The notes under the pieces were generated by a model, which had not been told where the DNA came from, did not search any database, and worked only from the letters and a program-made list of their open reading frames with translations. A stretch of DNA of 64,000 nt, from the NCBI GenBank assembly GCA_964057225.1, contig OZ059896.1, positions 6,262,001-6,326,000 on the forward strand. Reading direction: 5' to 3'. This document shows, piece by piece, positions 25,925 through 37,134 of this stretch. Source of the stretch: Auanema rhodensis (Eukaryota > Animalia > Nematoda). Position 1 is the first letter of the stretch. Every line of letters starts with the position of its first letter. The translations under genes and the position numbers were made by a program.

Positions 25925-28900
25925 ATGGGTTTTGATACACCATCAAATCAGAGAGGAGGTTTGTATCAAGTTTTTGTGCTTGAAATATTTAAAAATTATC
26001 ATGTTTATAGGATTCAGAGGTCGCGGTGGGCCTGGTAGTGCTAGAGGTATATTAACACATTTCTTTCTTTGGTACTAGTTTTGTTTTTTAGGTGGACGTG
26101 GGGGTGCTATGAACAACCGTGGTGGTGGAAAGTTCTCTCCTAGAGGTTTTTCGTTACGCCTCTTGTTCGTTTTCTTACTTTTTTTTAGGTAGAGGAGGTC
26201 GTGACTTCAGTTCACCCAGAGGCGGACGTGACTTCAGTTCTCCCAGAGGCGGACGTGACTTCAGTTCTCCCAGAGGCGGACGTGATTTCAGTTCTCCCAG
26301 AGGCGGACGTGATTTCAGTTCTCCCAGAGGCGGACGTGACTTTGGTTCATCTAGAGGAGGACGTGACTTCAGCTCATCCAGAGGTGGTAGTGGAGGAGGA
26401 TTCCGTGGCGGTAGAGGCCGAGGTGGAAATGGAGGCCGTGGACGTGGTAACGCCAACTTTACTCCAAGAGGAGGTGGCCGTTATAATGACAGAGCTATGA
26501 GTGAAAAGAGAAAGCCTTTCAGAGATGAAGAAGAGGAAGACGATGAAGGTATATTGCATGTAATTTCATCTTTCATGTCATTTTTGTTCAGAAGTTCCTC
26601 AGAAGAAGGCAAAGTCTCTTCCCAACACTCCTGCTGGAAAGAAGGCTGATAAGCAGAAATTCCCACCAAAAGGAAAAGCCAAGGTAATAGTCCTTTTTTT
26701 CATTTTCATTTTCTATTTTGTTTAGCCTGTTGACGAGGATAGTGATGAAGAGATTGATGAAGACGAGGAGGAAAGTGATGAAGGTGATTGAAAATTTCTC
26801 AAATTTAATAAATGGGATTTTTATTCAGAACCCGTGACTAAAGGCAAGAAACCCCAAAAGGCTGTAGCTCCAGCTGAGGAAGATGAAGACGATGAGGATG
26901 AGGAGGAGGATGATGATGATGATGATGACGATGATGACGAAGAAGAAGATGAAAGTGACGAGGAAGTACCTGTACCTAAGGGAAAGGCTGCTCCTGCCAA
27001 GAAGACAATTCAGAAGGTAGAAGAAAGTGAGGATGAAGACGATGAAGATGAGGAAGAAGAGGAAGATGATGATGAGGTATTAACTTTTTTCATAATAAAA
27101 TTTACTGTTCTTCTAGGATGAAGAGGAAGACGAAGAAGAAATTCAACCTGTAAAGAAAGGAGTAAAGGTAGTAGCTGCTGCTCAGAAGGGAAAGAAGGTA
27201 ATTGTGTTTGGTTAAAATAAATTATTCTTTAATTATTCATTGGTTTTCTAGGCTGCCCCTGTCGAAGAAAGTGATGAGGATGATGAAGACGAAGAAGAAG
27301 ATGAAGATGATGAAGATGAGGAAGAAGACGAGGAGGAGGTATACATATTTGCAGTATAATTTACGTTATATTATTAAGGATGAGGAAGAAACTGTAAACA
27401 AAGCTGTTAAAGCAACACCATCTTCAAAATCTGCTCTTAAAACCGCTGATAGTGCTAAATCTAACAAACACGTTGATCTCTCTAACGCTAACACTCCAAC
27501 AACTGCTGTTAGTTATTAATATATTTTCAAGTTTAACTAATCCACTTTAGAGCAAAAAAACACCAGGAACTCCACACCCAAAGGCTGCCGCTCTTGCCAA
27601 GCCCAAATTAGACTTTGATGATGACAGTGATGAGGATGAGGATGAAGACGAGGAAGATGAGGATGAGGAAGAATTTGAAGATGAGGAGGAAGAGGATGAA
27701 GACGAGGAAGAGGAAGAGGAAGAAGATGAAGAAGTGAGGGAATTGAATTATCAATACAAGTATTATTTTTAATTAAGGAAGAGGTAGCCAAACCTGTTCA
27801 AAAAAAAGCTGATCCTAAAAAAGCAACAAAACCAGAACCGAAAAAGCCAGTCGCAGCAGAGAAAGAACAACCTAAGGCTTTGAAGCGTAAGACTGAGGAT
27901 AACCCTCCACCAGCTAAGGTCATTAAGCTGAGCGCTGATCAAATTGTTGAAGAGGAAGAGAGGAGAAGAAATGAACGTGATACTCGTTCACTATTCATTA
28001 AAGGATTCCCTAAGAATTTCAAGGCATGCTTTGCTATAACTCATATAAAATAATTGTATCGCTATTATTTAGAATTCACAACTTGAGGAACTCTACAGTG
28101 ATATTGAAGCCGTTCGTCATAAACCACAACAAAGTTTTGCATGGATTGTGTTCAAAACAGAGGCTGTTTGTAACAAAGCTCATACTGCCCTTTCTCAAAA
28201 GAAGATTGAGGGAAAGCTTTTACAAGTTGATTTCTGTGGAGCAAAGTCAGCACATAGAAAAAACAACGGTACAAATATTTTTTTTCTGTGTAATCATCTA
28301 GTTTCTTCAGAGAACAGTAAACAGATAAAGCCTATTAATCCTCTTGAACTTTATGTTAACGGATTACCTAGTTCTGCCAGCAAAACTGATCTCAAAAATA
28401 TCTTCCGCTCTGCTGTTTCCATAAAGACTATTAATGTTATTGGAAAAGTTAACAAAGTGTTAGTATACATTCTCCTTTTTTATTCATTCATTTATATAAT
28501 AATCAATGTTAGTTACTTATGCATATAATTTTACTGCAGTAGCAGCGCTTTCATTCAATTTGGAACTGAAGAAGATGCCAAGGCCGCTTTTGATAAGAGT
28601 AGAGGATTGAAAGTTGGTGGAAAACCAGTGGAAGTATTCTTTGCTCGTACCAGATCCATTGTGGAAAATAATAAGGTGATCATTAGATATTTTACTTTTG
28701 TTATCATAATTTTATAGAACCGCCCTCTCAATAAGAATATTAAGCCTGCTGATGATGATTCTGAAAGTGAGGAAGATATTCCTTCAAGTGATGAAGACAT
28801 CGAGGAAGTACCTACTGCTAAAGGAAAGGGAAAGCCAAAGCCAAAAGCTAAAGGAAAGAAAGTATTGGCACGAAAACCACCAGTAGAGGAGAGTGATGAT

Positions 28901-28933
28901 GACGAAGACGATGATGAAGATGATGATGAATAG
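25925..28933 (+). CDS. nucl-1: Nucleolin-like protein (N-terminal RGG domain, long acidic tracts, two RRMs); multi-exon
   Basis: MGFDTPSNQRGG, an RGG/FRGG-rich N-terminus and D/E tracts. RRM1 RSLFIKGFP...FAWIVFKTE...IEGKLLQVDF; RRM2 LELYVNGLP...AFIQFGTEEDAKAAF...VGGKPVEVFFAR. TAG at 28931-28933. Confidence 0.88.
26194..26382 (+). repeat. Coding 27-bp tandem repeat, 7 copies (GGRDFSSPR x5 plus GGRDFGSSR and GGRDFSSSR)
   Basis: Unit ggcggacgtgayttcagttctcccaga read directly at 27-nt spacing (26194, 26221, 26248, 26275, 26302, 26329, 26356). Confidence 0.95.
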
Positions 28934-30387
28934 ATTAACCTCCAATTGTGCGTTTAGATGTTAAATTGTTGATTTTATTGTTCACTGTATGTTTCATTTT
29001 AATTGTTGTTGATGCTAATACGCTATACATTCTTGTTGATTTTCTCATATTCATAAACTATTTTACATCTGAAATTGATCACTCATTCGCAATCTTTCCG
29101 AATTCTTATCAGGAACACTATCAAAATTAGCTTTTTTTCTGAAATTCCCGATAAAGGGTGATGAAAACTGGAAACAAGATAGAATTATCATATAATTCCA
29201 GATTTTAAATTTGGTTAAGTCATTCTCTTCTAATAAGTGGATGATATGACTGCGATTCAGACAGAGGACGATTAGAGATCGCTGCAAACAACGAGACGGA
29301 GAAAAAACGGTCGTACGACCGAAGACCAGTGAATGGTCGCGCGACAGGGAAAATCTAAAACCAAGCAATAGCATAACTACTTTTCAGCTCTTCCACTCAT
29401 ATAACGTTCATTATACCATTTTACATACTTCTTTTGTATCCTGACTGATCTAGAACAGTATCATTGTAGGATTTCTGTTGACCTCCATGTGCTGAATCGT
29501 CCATGAATAGTCACATGTATCACTCATAGATCCAATCGATTTATAGTAAACATTATATTCTATATTGAGTAACTATTGTTATTTTTGTTAAGATAATTAT
29601 CATTGTTATCCCAATTTTGGCTCTTATCTCATACACTTCTTATCAATTTTTTTATCATTATCTATAGATTAGAGCAGCATGGAGCAAAACAAATATTGTC
29701 ATTTATAATGAGAAATACCTATTTCTTTTATTTTATCCATAGAGAAATAACTAAAATGGTATAACATGAAAATTACCTCAAGGCTATCGCGTAAAACGAT
29801 CTTTTAGAACAGGTTTTTTGCCTTATGAATCTTACAAAATGCCATCAAATTCACAGCTATGCATCGACAAATTTCTGAAGTTTCTTCAACTTATCTGTCT
29901 CGAATAAGAGAAAAGCATATAAACTATATATATATTTTGGCGCCCTTTCATCCGAAATTTGATGGCTCTTTTTGTACTGAAGATATAGTATTTTCTCAAA
30001 TTAATAAACTCAGATATAGTCTTAGTATTGTAGTTCGATAACACTACTTACGAACTCGGTTCAGTAATATTCACTTAAGGCTCTTTTTTGTTTTTCCTTT
30101 TAACTAATATTTATCGCTGGCATCCATGTTCAATTGAAAACCAGTTAATAATAACGACATCGTGATATCAAACAATGCTACCGTGAACTAAAAAAAATTT
30201 TATCTCGAAAATAACTTCACGAAATATTTTTTTCAAGAATTTCCTGTCGTTACTTGCACACTCATGTTTTTACTTCCTAATTATTATTTTTCCTGCCAAT
30301 ATTTATTTATCTAACAAAACGATTCACACTGTTCTTACTTAATAGCTATACTCAATTTCTTCCATTTGCTGATATTTTAGGTCCGAA

Positions 30388-33300
30388 ATGGGGGACTTCT
30401 CACGTTCAGAGGAGATGCGCTTTTGCCAGCTCATCGTTGAAAAAGATGCAGCATTTAACTGTGTAGCTGAACTCGGAAAACAACCTTATGTCCAGTTCAA
30501 AGATGTTAGTTTTGAAAATTACGATGTTCGATTAAACTTCTCTATTTAAGTTGAACCCTAATGTTAATCCTTTCCAACGTATGTTTGTTCGTGATATTCG
30601 TCGCTTGGATGAAATGGAACGTAAACTTAGTGAGTTCATTGAGTAGTGCTATAAATATTTTATTCAAAATAACCAAATAATCGAATTTCTTCAAAGGATT
30701 CTTGGAAAGTCAAATCACTGCTGACAGTATTCCCGTCCCCGGACGAGTTGATGATGGCGATTACACTATCATGCCACAAGCCGAATTAAATCAGTTAGAG
30801 GTTATTTATAAACGGAATATTTTTGTTCTTATTCAATTTTTTTTCAGACCACATTGACAGATTTAGAGCGTGATGTTAAAAATATGAATGAATCAGATTC
30901 TCAGTTGAGAACAAACCTTATGGAGTTAAAAGAATGGGATCATGTTCTCGATAAGACAGATCAATTTTTCCAAGGAGTATTTTATTTGTTAATTTCTAAT
31001 TATAAGAATATTTCATAGGGTGTCGATGATCAAGCTCAAGAAGAGCTTGAATTACAAGAAGAAGAAGGATTCGGTAAGCATGAAAAAGCACCAATGAGGT
31101 AAGATCTGTTTAAACTTGTTTTGAATTAATGTTTATATATATAGCTATGGTGTTGGTACCATTCGTCGTGAACGTCTTCTTGCTTTCGAAAGAGTTTTAT
31201 GGAGAGCTTGTCACCATACTGCCTATCTCCGCAGTGCTCCAATTGATGAAGTATTCGAATATGCCAATGTAATTTTATTATTGGCCATTGATTTTATTAC
31301 TTCAATTTATACAGGGAGAGTGTTCTGAAATGGCTGTCTTCATTGTCTTCTATAAGGGAGATCGTCTCAGAGCAATCATTGAAAAAGTTTGTGATGGATT
31401 CAAAGCCAAACTCATGAAAAACTGCCCAAAAACATTCAAGGTGAATATTATATATAATATTTAGATTAATCTCTTTTTTAGGAAAGACAATCTGCACGCG
31501 TTGATGTTCGTGCTCGTTTACAAGATCTGCAAACAGTTATCGGACAAACTAAAGATCATCGTCTTCGTGTATTACAAGCTGCCGCTAACAACCATAACCA
31601 ATGGCTCAAGCAGGCAAGTATTTCTTCAAAAAGAAGTATCATGTTATATTAAAAAGAAAAAAACGTAAATTCTTATTAAACAAAATTTTAAAATTAAAAT
31701 CTAATTGTGAAATAGAATTTCAGACTGAAAATAGAAACATAAACTAATTCAATTATTTTAGAAATATTTTTTGAGAATACTTTATAATGAGTTCACAAAA
31801 GAAAATAAGAAAGAAGGTTAATTGATTCATACAATTTCTAGGTTCGCATGCAAAAAACAGTATATGCCCACTTGAATCTGTTCACATTCGATGGAATTGG
31901 CAGATTCTTTGTTGCCGAAGCTTGGATTCCAAATCGTTATATTGACGATGTCAAGATTGCTTTACAACGAGGAGCTGTAAGCCAATTATATTTAATTTCA
32001 CAGTAATTCATTGTTATCTTCAGGAATCCACTGGATCAACTGTTGCACCTGTCCTCAACGTATTGGAGACTTCCAAGACACCTCCAACTTTCAACAAGAC
32101 AAATAAGTTTACAGCCGTCTTCCAAGGAATTGTCGATTCTTATGGTGTTGCCAGCTATCGCGAGTTGAATCCAGGTATATATACAGCTCTTCTGCTTATT
32201 TATCTGAATATGTTATAGCTCCATATACTATCATCTCTTTCCCATTTTTGTTCTCTTGTATGTTCGGTGATCTTGGTCACGGTATCTTGATGTTCCTTTG
32301 TGGTCTTTACCTTGTTTTACGCGAAAAGAATCTTATTGCACGCAACATTAAGGATGAGGTACAACTCAACTTATGTGATATATACGTAGTAGTATTGATG
32401 TTTTCAGATCTTTGGCATGTTCTTCGGAGGACGTTACATTATTCTCCTTATGGGTTTGTTCTCAATTCATGCTGGAATCCTATACAATGATCTGTTCGCT
32501 AAGTCATTCAATGTCTTCGGAAGTCATTGGCTTAACCCATACAAGTACTATCAAATTATATATACATCGAGAAATGAGTTTGTTTCAGCTTGTCACAGGT
32601 TGATACATGGATTGAGCAAGCTGGTATAGCTAAGAAGGAAATGTTCATTGAGTTGGATCCAGGAGTTTCGTATCAACATAGCGATGGACCTTATCCATAT
32701 GGAGTTGATCCAGCATGGAATATTGGAGAAAACAAACTTAACTTCCTCAATTCCATGAAGATGAAGACATCTATCATTCTCGGAGTTGGACAAATGACAT
32801 TCGGAGTTATACTCAGCTTCTTTAATCATCGTTTCTTCAAGTCAAAGATTGAAATCTTTACTGTTTTCATTCCACAAATTGTATTTATGAGCTGCATCTT
32901 TATTTATCTCTGCCTTCAGGTTTTTTACTTAATTTATCTTTAATGCAAATCATCGTAAATGTTTAGATTATTCTTAAATGGATTTTCTTCTGGGTTCGTG
33001 AGGAGACCGTTTTCGGTCGTCTGTATCCAGGTTCTCACTGTGCTCCATCTCTTCTCGTAAGTATTTCAAATATAGAGTCAAAAATATATTGATCTTAAGA
33101 TTGGACTCATCAACATGTTCATGTTCAAAGACCGTGAGCCTGGATTCGTAAACTTGGACAAAGTCATCAGTAATTCTTCCGGACACGTTGTATACCAGGA
33201 GCTTGAGGCATGCTATCTCACTCAGTGGTATCCTGGACAAGTAATACAATTAAACATATAAGAAATAAACTATAATATATTTTATTAAAGAGTACTATCG

Positions 33301-34118
33301 AAGCTATTCTCGTTTTGGTTGCTCTTCTCTGCGTTCCAATTATGTTATTCGGAAAGCCAATTCATTTCTTGATGGAGCAAAAAAAGAAAAAGAGAGACTT
33401 GAGTGGTAGCATGGTCCGGCTATTAAAAGTTTCACTTCCCTTTGTAAATCTTTTTTCTTTAGTCTGTACACGCTAATGTTTACAATGATGATGCTGAAAT
33501 TGTTATCAATGGTACTCAAAAGGCTGAACAGCATCATGATGATGATGAACATGGAGAACACGTAAGCATTATCATGATTTCCAATAAAAAATTAAACTTA
33601 CTTTTAGACTTTCGGAGATGTTATGGTTCATCAGGCTATTCACACTATTGAATATGTTCTCGGATGTGTTTCCCATACTGCATCTTATCTCCGTCTCTGG
33701 GCTTTGTCTCTTGCTCACGCACGTAAGTTCTGCTATTAGAAAATAGTTTAAAAATATTTTTTAAGAACTTTCTGAAGTACTCTGGCACATGGTCTTGGTT
33801 AATGCTTTGAACCTTGATGGAGTTGCCGGATACATCGCCTTGTTTGTTATTTTCTTCTTCTTCGCTGTTCTCACCTTCTCTGTACTTGTACTTATGGAGG
33901 GTCTTTCTGCGTTCCTCCACGCTCTCCGTCTTCATTGGTATGGCTCCGAAAATGTTGTTCAACTTACAACATATAAATTATGTGATTAATATATTTTAAT
34001 TTACCTTTTTTCCAGGGTCGAATTCCAATCTAAATTTTATCTTGGTCTTGGATATGCCTTTGAGCCTTTCAGCTTCAAGACTACACTTCAACTTGCTGAA
34101 TCTGGGCCCAGCAGCTAA
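30388..34118 (+). CDS. vha-5: V-ATPase V0 subunit a; 20 exons
   Basis: [100 protein letters not shown] (essential Arg), [22 protein letters not shown]. These match the VHA-5 paralog as I recall it. Confidence 0.93.
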
Positions 34119-34834
34119 ACTATCAGTAGTACCAACAGCTCTGGTGGGATAGCTTAATACATTAAGCATGCGAAACTAATTTTACGAAATATATTAAATA
34201 GGTTTATTAGATAACAATAGTTTTTTTTATTCTTTAGATTAACTGATTTTTCTGTTTGCTCTATCATCTACCTGATGAGCTAACAGTTTTTCTCACCCCT
34301 CTTACCATTAATCCTTAGAATTTCTCCTTAGAATTTTTCCTCCATCTTTCTTCTTCTCTCTCCATGGACATTATTTAATGCTCAGTGTTTTTTTCAAATT
34401 TTTTCATAGAAATCTTCAAGCCAAACAATGACATTCCCTATCCATTAAAGGAAAGTCTATGGATAGTATCGTTTGTGTATTTTTACATAATCTATATAAT
34501 ATGAGAAGACATAATAGAAAGTTGTCAAACCTTTTTCCCGGTGAATAGAGCTGTGAATAAAAATTTTTTCTACTGAGTATGGGTGTAAATTTTATTTTTT
34601 CTCCTAATATTAGCTGATATAGTTGAAATATTATTATTTATATTTAATATATAATATTCATGTATTATATATAGTAACTAGCTGTTTACAGGAATGTTTT
34701 TTTTTGAAACAACAGGCACGAATAACTTTAATACGTATAATGTTGTTTTCAGAACACAAATCTACAAAACTTTGAAAATTATATTTAATACAAAATTTAT
34801 TCATTTATCTTTCAAATGTATAAACTACATGGTT

Positions 34835-36962
34835 CTATTCTTGTCTATGTTCGGTTAAATGAGTATTTGAAGAGCCTTTTGGTGCTGAGTTAACCGAAGA
34901 AGTTCGCTCTGCAGCAATTCTCTCTGCTCGTGGACGGCAAAATACTTTTTCGAAAAAGAATTCTCGATAAGGTTTCACAAAATAAAAACTAAAATAAATA
35001 TTTTTGCTATAAAATGGAAGAAAATACCTTAGAGATGCGTTTGCCAATGGATATGATGCAAGTGTGATGTACGGCATACGGATGAAGTAATAAGGCATAG
35101 GAGCTGAACCCCATAATAACGTGGTACCAGAAACAAGCACAAGGGGAATAGATATGGCAACGATTGGATAGAGATTCTGAATATGGTTTTGAGTTGTTTT
35201 TCTTCTTATTCTCACAACCTGTAGTACAAGCATAATATTAAGCTGTCTTTGAAGTTTATAACTAGTTTCAGATAAATGTTTTCTTGATTTACTTAACTTA
35301 TAAAAAGTTAAATAAGAAGCTATTGTATTAAAAAAATAAAATGAGAAAAATCCAATTCCTGCTACAATACCTGAAATTTTTCCAGATCAGTTTTGTATGC
35401 AAATTAATGGAATACTAAATTACCAAATGGCAAATATCTATATGTATATGTATCTGCAGCAAGAAATACTGTATCTGGCCTGTCAATATATGGACGTAAT
35501 AACGAAATCATATCTCTTTTAATGATTTCTTCAATAACAAACTACAAAATAATGTAAATTGTTTTTTTTTTTGATAAACCTTTAAGTGAAATCTTTCTTA
35601 TCGAATTTCTTTTGAAAACACTATGTCACGTACTTTTAATGTGATAATTTTAAGCTTTTGTGATATAGATAAAGGTACAGTTCAATAGAATTTACGTAGA
35701 AAACAGAAAAATTGATAATATTATTAACTTAATTGACGTCATGACTTGCTTTGGTTAAACCTTTACGCACGAAAAATATGAATTAGAACACGTATAATAA
35801 CAATTTTATAATTTATTAATATTTAAATATTAAATTTTTTCACATGATCTGTTATAATATGAATCAGATTTTCATAACCTTTATAACTCGTAGTGCATAA
35901 TAAAGAAATATTACCTGTGGATTATCAACTACATAATAAGCCCACGGTGTTACTAATAAACTAAAAATTAAATTTATGCCAAACACAACTGCATATCCTC
36001 TGAAAGAAACAACTTGCCAATATATTTCAAAAATATATAAACTTTGCCGAAAAAGTAAAATCGATTAAGTCTTGACGTTGATATATAATCATTAACCGAG
36101 TAAAACAACAATCATTATTAGCTGTGAAAACAGTCATTCCACTAATAATTGTTATGCAAAACTAAACTTAAAAAATGGAAAGAATATTAAAAAAAATTAT
36201 CTTTAATTAACTATATTTGGGATGTATTCTTGTTTTATTAAGATTAAACAATACAAATATAGGTATCAACTGATTTTATTTTCTTTTTTTTTCAAAAAAT
36301 TCGAGTTCAAAACAATTGTTGAAAAAAAGGAAAAGTCGATAGTATTAAAGTACCTTATATTTGATGAATTTCTTATAAGGACCTCGATAATAACAACTAA
36401 AAAAAAGAAAAGAAAAGTATGAATAGCACATTCATGCTTTTCTTTTCTTTTTTTATATTTAAACCACCTATATTCTTAATATAATAATATAATATTTATT
36501 TTTAATTAGATGAATATATTATATTGAATACCCATGCTTTATTAGAATAGAAAACTACCGCAATTTTTGCTCCCTCTTCTCCAAAATACTTTGCTAGACC
36601 GTTAACAGTAGCCACGGGAGCAGGTAATAATGCATCCGGCCCCAGTACAATCACAACAATAAGAGAAAAAAGTAAATCACAAATCTATATTATAAGAATA
36701 ATTAGTAAAACAATTATTATAAACGGAATATATATGTATATATTGTATTTAAATGACCACGCAATCTTGTTATATTAAGTCGAAACAACAATTTGATTTT
36801 AAAGAAACTAACCGTTAATTTGAGTAAACTATAACGATATATACTCATTTCAAGAGAAGATCGTGTGAGAATAACATAAATAAGCAAACTATTAAGAATA
36901 TCTCCAATTGTTGATAAAGTTAAAATAAAAGAATTAGTTATATTTAGATCACCCAATAACAT
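34835..36962 (-). CDS. Nematode serpentine chemoreceptor GPCR (Str superfamily, Srh/Sri-like); appears intact, multi-exon
   Basis: Spliced reading has about 7 hydrophobic segments, LLIYVILTRSSLEMSIYRYSLL near TM1-2, LSETSYKLQRQLNIMLVLQ before TM6 and FYFVKPYR after TM7. I found no stops or frameshifts in the exons I traced. Confidence 0.82.
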
Positions 36963-37116
36963 TGTTAAAATCTTTTTAGAAAATAGTTTATTACAAGTTT
37001 ATAATCTTGCTATATTAAAATTAAATTGAATAATTATAACAAAGAGTGAAAATCATATTTGTGAGCTTTGTTGGATTAATTGTGGTTAGATATCATGTTC
37101 GATCTGCTTTTTGTTC

Positions 37117-37134
37117 CAGCTGCTTAGTCAGCTG
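37117..37134. promoter_or_regulatory. Paired CAGCTG E-boxes 155-170 bp upstream of the chemoreceptor ATG
   Basis: CAGCTG at 37117-37122 and 37129-37134, in otherwise very AT-rich sequence. Confidence 0.5.

Noticed and set aside
26175-27791. Pro/Leu/His-rich alternative-frame and antisense ORFs over nucl-1
   Set aside because: Shadows of the RGG repeat and acidic codon tracts.
25925-28933. Intronic snoRNAs in nucleolin, as in vertebrates
   Set aside because: The introns are about 40-80 nt and lack box motifs.
34272-34280. CTGATGAG hammerhead-like core in the vha-5 3'UTR
   Set aside because: No stem II followed by GAAA, and no flanking stems.
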